DNA of 64,000 nt from a virus: IMG/VR virus record IMGVR_UViG_3300027749_000040, positions 32,001 through 96,000 of that record. One strand, 5' to 3'. The notes under the pieces were generated by a model that saw only the letters and a program-made list of their open reading frames with translations, made no database searches and was not told the DNA's origin. Both the position numbers and the translations under genes were made by a program. This document shows, one piece after another, positions 20,849-31,817 of the stretch. How positions within the stretch are numbered: the first letter of the stretch is position 1; each line of letters starts with the position of its first letter.

Positions 20849-21788
20849 TATTATTGATGTAGCAGATTTAGATTGCATTTATCTAAGTTACGATGAACCG
20901 CAAAAAGAAGAATTTTGGCTTAAAGTCAAACACATGGTGCCATGGGCAAAGCGTGTTGACAATGTTAAAGGTAGTGATGCGGCACACAAAGCCGCAGGTG
21001 AAGCAAGTGATACAGAACGTTTCATTTTAATTGATGGTGATAACATGCCAGAAGAAAGTTTCTTCAACATTCAATTAGATTTTACAGACAAAGACAAAAC
21101 ATTCAGAAAAGCACAGTTTAGATGGAAAGCAATTAACAGTATCAATGGCTTGCGCTATGGTAATGGTGGTATGAGCAGTTGGACAAAGACTTACGTGCGT
21201 GAAATGCAAACGCATGAGCATCAAACGGAGGGTGATGTTTCACGTATAGCTGACTTTTGTTTAGACAGCAAAGATAATCTATATTGGGCGATGCATGATT
21301 GTTACAGTACAACATATCCTAACTATACAAGTTTTCAAGCGTGGCGTGCAGGTTTCCGTGAAGGTGTTAAAATGAGTTTGAATCGAGGCGTGCGCCCAAC
21401 GGTAGATGAATTCAAAGAAACAGTTGCAAGCAGAAATCTAAACAACTTGACTATCTGGCAGAACGTGGGAATGGATGTAGAGAACGGTGAGTGGGCGATC
21501 ATGGGAGCACGTATGGGAACTCATATGACTATGCTAACTGATTGGGACGTACATAATGTTCAATGGTTTGATAACTATCCTGCAATGTGGGAGACAGTTA
21601 AAGATGAAGACCCACTAGAACTATCAGAAACATATGGTGTTGAACTAAGCACTAAGCTAGGCTTACCAATGTGTGCGTTAGATAGTAAACAGAGTAAGTT
21701 TTTCAAGCGACACTATGGATCAAATTTTCATAACAAAGGTCCACTAGTAACTGAGATGGAAGTGATTCGTGAGATTGAAGGTTGGTAA
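20835..21788 (+). CDS. Glycosyltransferase-like protein (GT-A-like)
   Basis: LSYDEP, AAHKAA, LIDGDN (DxD) and AWRAGFREGVK. The same domain occurs at the C-terminus of 44463..49160. Confidence 0.6.
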   Translation: MNSNDIIDVADLDCIYLSYDEPQKEEFWLKVKHMVPWAKRVDNVKGSDAAHKAAGEASDTERFILIDGDNMPEESFFNIQLDFTDKDKTFRKAQFRWKAINSINGLRYGNGGMSSWTKTYVREMQTHEHQTEGDVSRIADFCLDSKDNLYWAMHDCYSTTYPNYTSFQAWRAGFREGVKMSLNRGVRPTVDEFKETVASRNLNNLTIWQNVGMDVENGEWAIMGARMGTHMTMLTDWDVHNVQWFDNYPAMWETVKDEDPLELSETYGVELSTKLGLPMCALDSKQSKFFKRHYGSNFHNKGPLVTEMEVIREIEGW

Positions 21789-22450
21789 TGCAATTATATG
21801 ATCCATCTAAGAAAGGCACAATTGTAGTTGGACATATGCGTTCAGGTTCTCAATATTTATTGAGTCTAGTTAAAATAGAATTGCAAAAAAATAATGTTGA
21901 ATTTGATGACAACGGAGAATACTTTAAAGATATATTCAGTGCCATTAGATATACTGATAATAGTTACTCATTCTTAAATATTATTGACAAAATAAAAAAA
22001 CAGGACATTAGTACTAATTATAGTGTGGGTACAATCGTCTATCCTAATAGCTTAGATATGATTAGTCAGCATAAGTCAAATTATAATTATTTTTCTAATA
22101 ATTATCATCTTATTAAAATGATTAGAAAAGATGTTATGGCACAATTTATGTCATACATGGTATTTATTGAATCAAAGGCACTACATAGCGGTATAAAATC
22201 AATGGACGAAGTTAAAATAAATACTCCTTATACAGCAGGCAGACTTCATATAATACATTATCTAAATAAACTATTAGAATTAGAAAGATTTAAGGCTGAC
22301 ACAACTGTATACTATGAAGATTTACCGCACTTACCCATACCAGGTCTAACAAAAAATAATTATAATATGACCCCTAAAGAATTTTTTAAAAATTACGATG
22401 ATATTGTAAATCAAATTAACGAATTAAATATAACACATTATGAGCGGTGA
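21788..22450 (+). CDS. Sulfotransferase-like P-loop protein
   Basis: Probable start at ATG 21788 (TAATG overlap). GHMRSGSQYL resembles the 5'-PAPS-binding loop, IRKDVMAQFMS the 3'-phosphate-binding motif; VYYEDL downstream. Confidence 0.55.
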   Translation: MQLYDPSKKGTIVVGHMRSGSQYLLSLVKIELQKNNVEFDDNGEYFKDIFSAIRYTDNSYSFLNIIDKIKKQDISTNYSVGTIVYPNSLDMISQHKSNYNYFSNNYHLIKMIRKDVMAQFMSYMVFIESKALHSGIKSMDEVKINTPYTAGRLHIIHYLNKLLELERFKADTTVYYEDLPHLPIPGLTKNNYNMTPKEFFKNYDDIVNQINELNITHYER

Positions 22451-24005
22451 ATACGATCAATTCGCTAGAGATATGCGTGACCGCTTGAATGCGGTTAGTC
22501 CATCACTATGTTTGGCAAAGTGGCAACAAGTCTCTATTCACTTACCTAGTGGATTGACTCAAAGTTGCTATCATCCACCAACACATAAGATACCTCTAGA
22601 ATTACTCAAAGACAATCCTAGCGTATTACACAACACCCCAATCAAAATACATGAACGTAAGCAAATGCTTGAGGGCAAACGACCAGAAGGTTGTAGTTAT
22701 TGCTGGAAAGTAGAAGACGCTAAGAGCGAAGACCCTAAAGGTCATATGAGTGACAGACACTATCGCAGTAGCGAATGGTGGAACGCACCCACGTTTGAAG
22801 AAGTCACACAAAACAAGTTTGATTATGATGTTGTACCTCGGTATGTAGAAGTTAACTTTAATCAGGCATGTAACTTTAAATGTATGTATTGTAGTCCTCA
22901 TCTTTCTAGTAGTTGGGAAGAAGAAGTTAAAAAGCATGGTGGTTATCAATTAACCGGTATGATACATAATAACTTAAAAGCACTAGAACAAAAAGGAATG
23001 ATGCCACTCAAGGTTGCAAATAAAGACAACCCCTATGTTGAAGCATTCTGGCAATGGTTTCCTGAAATATATCGTAAACTACGTGTGTTTAGAATGACCG
23101 GTGGCGAGCCACTTATGGACAAGAACACATTCAAAGTGTTAGACTATGTAAACAAAAACCCACACGGTCAACTTGAATTATCTATCACAAGCAACATGTG
23201 CCCGCCCGATCAGAAATTATTTGACAAATTTGTTGAAAAAGTCAAAGCAATTGAGACACTACGCACATATGAAGACACAGAAAACTTCAATGTACATAGC
23301 GGTAACAACTGGTATGTAGACAAAGGATTCAAACACTTTTGGTTGTTTGTATCACTAGATGGTTTTGGTGAGCAAGCAGAATATATGAGAACTGGATTAG
23401 AGTTTGAACGCATGTTGAATAACGTAAGAACTTTTTTACGTGAAACAAAATATTCTACTGTGAGTTTTATAAACACATTCAATATCATGTCTATTCCAAG
23501 TTTACATAAGTTCTTAGAAATGGTATTAGAATTACGTGCTGAGTTTGGTGGAAGAAGTCAAGTTGAGTTTGAGATTAGTCCTGACCAAACTGAAACAGAA
23601 AAAGAAAATAACATTGTTCACAAGGTTTATACTCAAAAGAAATATCAACGTGTGTTCTTTGATATTCCAATATTACGTTACCCGCCGTGGTTTAATATTC
23701 AAAACAGCGGACAATATGGAATTGATGAAGTAGAACGTTGCTTGAAGTATATGGAAGACAATGTACAGGGTGATGACTATTTGGAAACATTTGAGGGATT
23801 TAAACCGTATGAGATATTGAAAATTAAGCGAGACCTTGCTATAATGAAAGAATCTCTACCCCCGGACCAACTTTTACTAAATAAAAAGAACTTCTACATG
23901 TTTATTACAGAATATGATAGACGCAGACAAACGAATTTTATGGAAACCTTTCCGGAACTAAAGAGCTACTGGAGAGAATGTATCAAAGCGCACACTAAAC
24001 ATTAA
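22440..24005 (+). CDS. Radical SAM protein with N-terminal Twitch-like domain (#1)
   Basis: CNFKCMYC and TGGEP. N-terminal CLAKW..SCYH..CSYC. Confidence 0.92.
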   Translation: MSGEYDQFARDMRDRLNAVSPSLCLAKWQQVSIHLPSGLTQSCYHPPTHKIPLELLKDNPSVLHNTPIKIHERKQMLEGKRPEGCSYCWKVEDAKSEDPKGHMSDRHYRSSEWWNAPTFEEVTQNKFDYDVVPRYVEVNFNQACNFKCMYCSPHLSSSWEEEVKKHGGYQLTGMIHNNLKALEQKGMMPLKVANKDNPYVEAFWQWFPEIYRKLRVFRMTGGEPLMDKNTFKVLDYVNKNPHGQLELSITSNMCPPDQKLFDKFVEKVKAIETLRTYEDTENFNVHSGNNWYVDKGFKHFWLFVSLDGFGEQAEYMRTGLEFERMLNNVRTFLRETKYSTVSFINTFNIMSIPSLHKFLEMVLELRAEFGGRSQVEFEISPDQTETEKENNIVHKVYTQKKYQRVFFDIPILRYPPWFNIQNSGQYGIDEVERCLKYMEDNVQGDDYLETFEGFKPYEILKIKRDLAIMKESLPPDQLLLNKKNFYMFITEYDRRRQTNFMETFPELKSYWRECIKAHTKH

Positions 24006-24013
24006 GGAATAAA

Positions 24014-25540
24014 ATGGCAGGCAAGAAACACGAAGAATCATTTGCACAATACAAATCACGACTTATCGACCCCATTAGCGATAGCTATTGTGCCGCTAAG
24101 TGGCTAAATGCTACTATCTGGTTAGGCAACGGACAAACAACCAGTTGTCACCACCCATTAGGTCATCAAATTGATGTCAATGAACTAGCCACAAATCCTT
24201 CAGCAATTCATAATACTCCGCACAAGAAACTAATGCGTAAAATGATGCAAGAAGGACAACGCCCGCAAGAGTGTGAATACTGCTGGAAGATTGAAGATAT
24301 TGGTCGTGATAACATGAGTGATCGTGTTTATAAAACTGCTGTGTTTGAAGAATCAGATATTCTTAAAACTGCCAAAGCAGATTGGCAAGAGAATACAATG
24401 TTGAAGACATTAGAAGTTTCTTTTGACCGTACATGTAATTTTGCTTGTAGTTATTGTAATCCAAGTTTCAGTACAACATGGGTTAAAGATATTCACAAGT
24501 TTGGTCCTTATCGTAACATTGACGGTGATGCACGTAGTCACTTTATCAATGAAGCTGACCATGCTAAACCACTAGCGGACGATATTAATCCATATTCACA
24601 GGCATTTTGGCGCTGGTGGGAAGAAGGACTTGCTGACAACTTAGAAGAAATTCGCATTACGGGTGGTGAACCATTAATGGCTCCGGGTGTATGGAAGTTG
24701 TTTGAATGGTTTCGTAATAATCAAGAACGTGCGACAAATCGTCCAGACGGTAAGGTATTGCGCTATGCTATCAACAGTAACTTAGTTCCCAAAGATGATA
24801 TCATGGACAAGTTAATTGAGTATAGCAAATTTGTTCCCTATATGGAAGTATATACAAGTTGTGAAGCTTTTGGTGCTCATGCTGAATATATCCGTGATGG
24901 TTTTGAATGGAACAAATGGATTCATAACCTAGGTAGATTGCACACTGAAGGCAATATCAAAAAGACACACATGATGATGACTATCAATAGTTTGTGTTTG
25001 GCTAGTATTGTTGAGTTCATGGATCAAATGATGGAATTCAAAAAGATTCACAACACGATGTATCCTACAATGAGTTTAAACATCTTGCGTTTCCCTAGCT
25101 TTCAAAGTTGTGCTATGTTGCCAACTGAGATTCGCCAAAAGTATAAAGACAAACTACAGGTATGGTTAGACAATCAGATTGCTATGGATTTCCGTACTAG
25201 TGAAGGTGCACCAATGTTGATGAGTATTGAGCGTGAACAAACACAACGATTGATTGATTACCTTGACGTTGTTAAAACACCACACAAGAATGTTAAAGAC
25301 ATTCCGCAGAATCATAGAGACTTTAAACAGTTCTATGCTCAATATGATGTCCGTCGTGGTAAGAGTTTCCGTAATACTTTTCCACCAGAGTTTGTTGCAT
25401 TCTATGATAGTATTCAAACAGAATTGCCAACAGCAGATGAAATTATTACACAAAATTACCGTCAAGGTGTTGATTTGATTCCGGAGCATCCACCTGAAGA
25501 TCCAAGCAAAGATGTATTTTTTAACCAAGATTTACAATGA
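24014..25540 (+). CDS. Radical SAM protein with N-terminal Twitch-like domain (#2)
   Basis: CNFACSYC and TGGEP. N-terminal CAAKW..SCHH..CEYC. Confidence 0.92.
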   Translation: MAGKKHEESFAQYKSRLIDPISDSYCAAKWLNATIWLGNGQTTSCHHPLGHQIDVNELATNPSAIHNTPHKKLMRKMMQEGQRPQECEYCWKIEDIGRDNMSDRVYKTAVFEESDILKTAKADWQENTMLKTLEVSFDRTCNFACSYCNPSFSTTWVKDIHKFGPYRNIDGDARSHFINEADHAKPLADDINPYSQAFWRWWEEGLADNLEEIRITGGEPLMAPGVWKLFEWFRNNQERATNRPDGKVLRYAINSNLVPKDDIMDKLIEYSKFVPYMEVYTSCEAFGAHAEYIRDGFEWNKWIHNLGRLHTEGNIKKTHMMMTINSLCLASIVEFMDQMMEFKKIHNTMYPTMSLNILRFPSFQSCAMLPTEIRQKYKDKLQVWLDNQIAMDFRTSEGAPMLMSIEREQTQRLIDYLDVVKTPHKNVKDIPQNHRDFKQFYAQYDVRRGKSFRNTFPPEFVAFYDSIQTELPTADEIITQNYRQGVDLIPEHPPEDPSKDVFFNQDLQ

Positions 25541-26934
25541 CGAATAAAATCATTCCATTATGGGAACACGCAAAGCCCCATAAAGATAGTAAGAACAAGG
25601 TGTTCTGTATGGCACCCTGGACTCACACTTATATCAGTCCGCAATCTGAAAGACGATTGTGCTGTGCCTCACGTGAAGAACATTCGTTCCAGAAACAATA
25701 CATTGATAGTAGTAATGATTCAAAGTACGGAACTGTAACTGAAAGTAAGACAGCATTAGATGACTATCAACCGGTAAGTTTGAAAGAACATTGGAATAGT
25801 GAATACATGAAAGACATTCGTGTGAAGCTAATGCGCGGTGAAGAAATTCCTCAATGTGATGTATGTAATAAGAACCTATTGATGGAGGGCTATTCATACC
25901 GTGGTTGGTTTACTGGATCATTGTTTAAAGATAAGATACAAGAAGCATTTGATAAGACAGATGATACCGGTCACACTACAATGGAACCAATAAGTTTTGA
26001 TTATCGTTTTAGTAATCTATGTAACTTTAAGTGCCGCATGTGCGGTGAGCAATTGTCTAGTTCATGGGAAACTGAAAAGAAAGTTCATAACTTGTGGAAC
26101 GAGAAGAATCAGCCATTCATGGTTCCTGAAATCAAGTCAGCTATGAAGACTTTTCAAGAAGAAGTTGTTGAAGTTGAATTTCGTGATGCAGTAAGTCGCG
26201 GTATTGTGGAAGAAATGTATTGGGTCGGTGGTGAGCCATTAATGTATGACGTTCACTGGTGGACGCTAGAAGAAATGTTAAAGAACGGTAGTAACAAGAA
26301 TTGCTATATGCGTTATAACAGCAACTTAAGTAGGGTACAGTTTGGTAAAAAGAACTTATATGACTATCTTCCATTGTACAAAGACTGGATGATGTGCGCT
26401 AGTATTGATGGTACTGGAGAGATTGTAGAATACATTCGCACAGGTATCAAGTGGGATGTGTGGCTTGAGAACTTTAAGAAAGGTCTTGAGTTACCTAATG
26501 GTAAAGACAAGATGATTCTTGATCTAACATTAACTGCACCGGGCATGTTTAGTTTGAAAGAACTATTTGACTTGAGTATTGAATTAGATGTTAAGATTGA
26601 AACTAAAACAACGTTTGGCTTTCATGCTGACATTATGTGGACACCATTAAGTTGGCCACGTGAGGTACTAGATGAAATGATTGATGACATACTTGCTTAT
26701 ATTCAACCACGTGCTACTTGGAAGCAAGCAACGTTGATTGGTAATTTAGAAGCATTGAAGAATACACGGAAGACTCATGCAGAAGAATGGCCCGATACTT
26801 ATAAGCAAGCCGCATTGAATGGTAAAAATTGGGTTAAAAGATTAGAAAATATTCGTGAAGACACTGCCGTTACCATGCGTAGCATTTATAGTCGAAATCC
26901 TAAACTACTAGAATGGTGGGATAACATAGGATGA
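25537..26934 (+). CDS. Radical SAM protein with N-terminal Twitch-like domain (#3)
   Basis: CNFKCRMC and VGGEP. N-terminal CMAPW..LCC..CDVC. Confidence 0.92.
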   Translation: MTNKIIPLWEHAKPHKDSKNKVFCMAPWTHTYISPQSERRLCCASREEHSFQKQYIDSSNDSKYGTVTESKTALDDYQPVSLKEHWNSEYMKDIRVKLMRGEEIPQCDVCNKNLLMEGYSYRGWFTGSLFKDKIQEAFDKTDDTGHTTMEPISFDYRFSNLCNFKCRMCGEQLSSSWETEKKVHNLWNEKNQPFMVPEIKSAMKTFQEEVVEVEFRDAVSRGIVEEMYWVGGEPLMYDVHWWTLEEMLKNGSNKNCYMRYNSNLSRVQFGKKNLYDYLPLYKDWMMCASIDGTGEIVEYIRTGIKWDVWLENFKKGLELPNGKDKMILDLTLTAPGMFSLKELFDLSIELDVKIETKTTFGFHADIMWTPLSWPREVLDEMIDDILAYIQPRATWKQATLIGNLEALKNTRKTHAEEWPDTYKQAALNGKNWVKRLENIREDTAVTMRSIYSRNPKLLEWWDNIG

Positions 26935-28160
26935 ATAGTTTGATAAGCCCTACATATTGCGTATTGCCATGGTCTCATCTGTATGCAGGGCCAGATGGAA
27001 ATATAGCACCATGTTGTGTGGGTAAAAAATTAGGAAAATATGAAGAAACTACATTAAAAGAAGCTTGGAATACTAGTGAAATGAAACAGTTGCGTTTAGA
27101 TATGATAGCAGGTGAGAAGAATGATATATGTAATGTATGTTATAATCATGAAAATGGTGGTTTCAAATCAATGCGACAAGCTTTCATCAATGAAATGCCA
27201 GATGTTACAAAAAATGTAGTAGAGATGACAAATGTAGATGGTTCTTTGTCGGATTTCAAATTATATCATTTAGATTTACGATTTAATAATCTTTGTAATT
27301 TTAAATGCAGAACATGTGGACCAAGCTTTAGTAGTTCTATTGCAATTGAATCTATACAAAATCCTAAATTAAATTTTAAAAACTTTCCTGCTTTTAAGGG
27401 ATTTAGCCAAAATCAAGGGCTTATGTCAGAGATTGAAAAACACTATCCTTATGTAAAAAGTATTTATTTTGCAGGTGGTGAACCAATGATGCAAGAAGAA
27501 CACTGGGACATATTACAACATTTTACCGAGAACGATACAGCAAAAAATGTGCACCTAATATATTCTACAAATACTAGTAAGACATCATACAAAAACAAAT
27601 CAGTATTTGATTATTGGAAATACTTCAAAGATGTTCATGTTCAAATGAGTATTGACGCTGAAGGCAAGCGGGCAGAATATTGGCGTGATGGTACGGATTG
27701 GGAAACAGTATATAACAATATTAAGCTCATTAGTTCTAGCGGAGTATATTGTACTGTGCATAGCGTCATCTCATGGATGAACATTTATAGTTATATAGAA
27801 TTAGTTAAAAAACTACTTGAAGAAAAAATAATACCTGCTAATAAGTTTACTATATGGTGCCTAGCTGACACTGAAAAAGAAGAATATTCACTACAAATAT
27901 TACCTGACTTTAAAAAACAAGAAATATCACTGGCATTAAATGATTTTATCTTATATTTGCAAAAGTGTGATAACTCACTTTATCCTAAAATAGATCATAT
28001 CATAAAAAATATAGAAAACATAAAAACTTTTATGTTTGCTAAATCACTGACTATTACCAATGAAATATTTAAAAGAAACAATATGTTAGATGAAATTAGA
28101 AATAAAGATTTTTTTGAATATTTTCCAGAACACGAAAATATGAGAGAGTATATTAAATGA
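26931..28160 (+). CDS. Radical SAM protein with N-terminal Twitch-like domain (#4)
   Basis: CNFKCRTC and AGGEP. N-terminal CVLPW..PCC..CNVC. Confidence 0.92.
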   Translation: MNSLISPTYCVLPWSHLYAGPDGNIAPCCVGKKLGKYEETTLKEAWNTSEMKQLRLDMIAGEKNDICNVCYNHENGGFKSMRQAFINEMPDVTKNVVEMTNVDGSLSDFKLYHLDLRFNNLCNFKCRTCGPSFSSSIAIESIQNPKLNFKNFPAFKGFSQNQGLMSEIEKHYPYVKSIYFAGGEPMMQEEHWDILQHFTENDTAKNVHLIYSTNTSKTSYKNKSVFDYWKYFKDVHVQMSIDAEGKRAEYWRDGTDWETVYNNIKLISSSGVYCTVHSVISWMNIYSYIELVKKLLEEKIIPANKFTIWCLADTEKEEYSLQILPDFKKQEISLALNDFILYLQKCDNSLYPKIDHIIKNIENIKTFMFAKSLTITNEIFKRNNMLDEIRNKDFFEYFPEHENMREYIK

Positions 28161-29335
28161 GTAACACACTATGCGTATTACCTTGGATGCATTTAGCAAC
28201 TCATCCAAACGGGGGTGCTAGCCTGTGTTGCCGTAGTAATCACACAGATGCAATTAGTTGGGCAAAAAAGAAAGACAGTAATAGTCTTGTCATGCTAGAT
28301 AATGATAGCGTAGAAGATATAATGAACAGTGAAAAGTTTGTTGAAGTCAGGCAAGCAATGATTGATGGCAAACGTCCAGTTGAATGTGAAGGTTGTTGGA
28401 GTGATGAAGATAAAGGCATAAAAAGTAAACGCCAATATGAGAACGAGCGTTGGGCACACATTATCCCTAAACTTGAACAAAAAGCGAAGCTCAGTGATAT
28501 CAACTTAATATATGTGGAACTACGTTTGGGTAATGTGTGCAACAATGCCTGCTTAACTTGTAATAGTTATAGCAGTACAAAGTGGTATCCTGATGAAAAG
28601 AAAATTGCTAACGATTTACCTTGGTTCAAACTACGAGCAATGGAGAACTTCAAGTGGTTTGAGAATGAAGATTTTTATTGGGATTTAGCAAATAAAAGTC
28701 AATCTGTAGAAGAAATCTATATTAATGGTGGAGAGCCTACACTTATTAAGGCTCACTTTGAATACTTAAAGCATTTGATTACATTAGGTACAGCACAGAA
28801 CGTGCATCTTGTTTATAGTTTGAATATGATGGACATCCCTGACAGGTTAATTGAGTTGTGGAAAGAATTTAAACAGGTTACAGTTAATGCTAGTATTGAT
28901 GATTTAGGAAACCGTAACTATTACATTCGTTATCCTACACAATGGGAAGAAACGATTGCAAGTATTGAAAAACTGACTAAATTATCAAATTTAAATTGGC
29001 ATGTTACTCAGACTGTTAGTATTTTAAATATCTATCATCTAGCAGAGTTTGGTAATTGGTTAGAAACAAACTATAACAAAACACCGCATCACAACTATGT
29101 ATTGTATCCGGATTATTTAAGCATTGCGGCACTGCCTGATTTCTATAAAGAAGAATTGCGTAGTCATTATGCAAGTAGACTGCATGAGTGGCAGCGCAAA
29201 GATTTGCTTAATAAGTTACATGAACCTTACCAACCAACCTTGCTAAAAAAGGCAAAAGAGTTTATAATAGCAGTTGACAAGGCACGTGGTTTAGATTATA
29301 ATAATTATATACCAGAATTAAAAGAAATATTATGA
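28157..29335 (+). CDS. Radical SAM protein with N-terminal Twitch-like domain (#5)
   Basis: CNNACLTC and NGGEP. N-terminal CVLPW..LCC..CEGC. Confidence 0.92.
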   Translation: MSNTLCVLPWMHLATHPNGGASLCCRSNHTDAISWAKKKDSNSLVMLDNDSVEDIMNSEKFVEVRQAMIDGKRPVECEGCWSDEDKGIKSKRQYENERWAHIIPKLEQKAKLSDINLIYVELRLGNVCNNACLTCNSYSSTKWYPDEKKIANDLPWFKLRAMENFKWFENEDFYWDLANKSQSVEEIYINGGEPTLIKAHFEYLKHLITLGTAQNVHLVYSLNMMDIPDRLIELWKEFKQVTVNASIDDLGNRNYYIRYPTQWEETIASIEKLTKLSNLNWHVTQTVSILNIYHLAEFGNWLETNYNKTPHHNYVLYPDYLSIAALPDFYKEELRSHYASRLHEWQRKDLLNKLHEPYQPTLLKKAKEFIIAVDKARGLDYNNYIPELKEIL

Positions 29336-30618
29336 TACCAATTATACCCGATAAAATTAAAGACTCATTCTGTTCAGCTAAATGGCTGATGGCTACCATG
29401 CACTTTGGCATGGGCGAGAATCACAGTTGTTACCACCCGCCAATTCATCGTTGGAACTTAGAAGATGTTCAGCGTGATCCTAGTATGCTACACAATACAC
29501 AACACAAGATTGAACAGCGTAGACAAATGATGAATGGTGAGAAGCCAAAAGAATGCTATTACTGCTTTGATATGGAAGCAATCAATCCTGATGTGATTAG
29601 CGATAGAAAGCGTTTTACTAACGAACCTTATGCGATTGAACGCAGACAGGAATTAATTGACGCACCATTTGACAAACACGTTAATCCAAGTTACTTAGAA
29701 TTAAGCTTCAGCAATGTGTGTAATTTTGGTTGTAGTTATTGCAGTCCTGGACAAAGTAGTAAGTGGGAGAATGAAGTACGTAAGTATGGTAGTTATCCCG
29801 TAGAAGATCCAACTGTGCATAAAGACAAGATGCATGACATGCTCCCTGAAGATAATAATCCATACATTGATGCATTTTGGAAGTGGTTACCTGATGCATA
29901 TAAAGATTTAAAGTATTTACGTATTACAGGTGGCGAGCCATTAGCAACACGAAACTTTATGAGACTTCTAGACTTTGTAGCAGAGAATCATAACCCTAAC
30001 TTAACATTAGTTGTTAATACTAACTTATGTGTGCCTGACAAGAACTTGAATATGTTTTTTGAGAAGGCAACAACATTATTAAATGCTAAAACAATTAAAG
30101 GTCTTGAAGTATATACCAGTATGGATACATGGGGACCTCAAGCAGAATACATACGTGACGGTTTAGATATCGCACGTTGGGAAGCAACTGTACGCAAAGT
30201 AAGCACAACATTCCATGTACCTATACGTGTAATGGTTACATTTGGATTGATGAGTATTTTTAACTTCCTTACGTTTGCTGAAAAGGTTATACAGATGCGT
30301 AATGACGGGGTTGACATCATGTTTAACTGTGCCAGACTTGTAGATCCTAAGCAATTTGACCTCAGAATACTACCAGACTACTGCGATAAATACTTCACTA
30401 AGATGAACACGTTTATAATAGATAACAATAATATTACTAATGTTGAAAGAGAAACATGGGCTATGGTCTATGATTTTTGGAAAGCAAGACACGAAACTAT
30501 GACAACTGAAGACCGCGAATGGCGCAGGCAGCAGTTTGCTAAGTTTATTAGCGAATATGATAAGCGTAGAGATAAAAACTTTGAAGAAAACTTCCCAGAA
30601 TTATCAACATGGATTTAA
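29332..30618 (+). CDS. Radical SAM protein with N-terminal Twitch-like domain (#6)
   Basis: CNFGCSYC and TGGEP. N-terminal CSAKW..SCYH..CYYC. Confidence 0.92.
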   Translation: MIPIIPDKIKDSFCSAKWLMATMHFGMGENHSCYHPPIHRWNLEDVQRDPSMLHNTQHKIEQRRQMMNGEKPKECYYCFDMEAINPDVISDRKRFTNEPYAIERRQELIDAPFDKHVNPSYLELSFSNVCNFGCSYCSPGQSSKWENEVRKYGSYPVEDPTVHKDKMHDMLPEDNNPYIDAFWKWLPDAYKDLKYLRITGGEPLATRNFMRLLDFVAENHNPNLTLVVNTNLCVPDKNLNMFFEKATTLLNAKTIKGLEVYTSMDTWGPQAEYIRDGLDIARWEATVRKVSTTFHVPIRVMVTFGLMSIFNFLTFAEKVIQMRNDGVDIMFNCARLVDPKQFDLRILPDYCDKYFTKMNTFIIDNNNITNVERETWAMVYDFWKARHETMTTEDREWRRQQFAKFISEYDKRRDKNFEENFPELSTWI

Positions 30619-31817
30619 CACCGTTTAAAGAATGTAGAGCACATAAAAATGCAATCTATATAGGAAATGATGATGCACCATTTAGACCTTGTTGTTGGTT
30701 TGCAGATAAAATTGATGCTACATCATATGAAGAATATCAGGATAAATTATCACATTTAGACATTGAAAAAAATTGTAGATATTGTATTGAGATGGAGTCA
30801 AATGGCGGAGAATGGAGCCATCGCATGAATTTTGCTAAGGCACTGGAAGATCCAGACTGGTATCAGGAATTGGTAGTATCAATATCATTTGATAATTTGT
30901 GCAATTTAAAATGTATTACATGCTCACCTGTAAATAGCTCCCAGTTAGCAATTGAAATTTTAAATCCTGAGATTAGAGAAAAATATACTTCAATACATAA
31001 AAAAGAACCAATTAAGACTGAGTTTTTAAAAAATATGTTATCTAATACTGAATTTAATTATAATACTGAATTTAGTTATAAAACTATTACAGAAGGTAAT
31101 GCTAATTATAGTAACCTTCGTATAGAAATACTAGGCGGAGAACCTTTAATAAATCCTGCAGTATATAATTTTTTAGATTGGTTAGTAGAGCAACCATATG
31201 CGTCAGTAACAGCAGTAAGCATTACTACCAATGGGACTATATTTAATGACAAATTTATAAAATATATAAAACATTTACACCATATCTCTTTGCAATTTAG
31301 TATTGATGGTATAGAAGACACGTTTGAATATATAAGATTTGGTTCAAAATTTTCTACTCTTGAAGAAGTTACTAATAAATTTTATGACCTGCTCGCCCTA
31401 TACCCTGAAAAATTTAAAATGGCAATGCACTACACATTGAGTTGGATGAACTCACTGCACATTAAAGAATTTTTTAATTGGGTTAATGTTAATTATCCTG
31501 AAGTACAATATATATTGGTTACAAAACTTGAGTGGCCAAATAATTATGATATTAATGTTTTGCCAATGGATTTGAGAAAACAAATAGTTGAAGAAATATC
31601 AAACAGTATTGTTGGTTATAATGACGGGGTTCAATTGGGATTTAAATATTATAAACAGCATATGCTTAATACTCCAAATAATACAAAAGTATCTTATAAT
31701 GTACAAAGAGGTATGAACGCTTTAGCTAAAAATGATAAACTTATAAATAGAAATTCAGACTTCAATAAAACTTTTAAACCAATGCTAGATTTACTAAAAA
31801 CAAATAATATTATATGA
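30609..31817 (+). CDS. Radical SAM protein with short N-terminal Twitch-like domain (#7)
   Basis: CNLKCITC and LGGEP. N-terminal C..RPCCWF..CRYC. Close paralog of #9. Confidence 0.9.
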   Translation: MDLTPFKECRAHKNAIYIGNDDAPFRPCCWFADKIDATSYEEYQDKLSHLDIEKNCRYCIEMESNGGEWSHRMNFAKALEDPDWYQELVVSISFDNLCNLKCITCSPVNSSQLAIEILNPEIREKYTSIHKKEPIKTEFLKNMLSNTEFNYNTEFSYKTITEGNANYSNLRIEILGGEPLINPAVYNFLDWLVEQPYASVTAVSITTNGTIFNDKFIKYIKHLHHISLQFSIDGIEDTFEYIRFGSKFSTLEEVTNKFYDLLALYPEKFKMAMHYTLSWMNSLHIKEFFNWVNVNYPEVQYILVTKLEWPNNYDINVLPMDLRKQIVEEISNSIVGYNDGVQLGFKYYKQHMLNTPNNTKVSYNVQRGMNALAKNDKLINRNSDFNKTFKPMLDLLKTNNII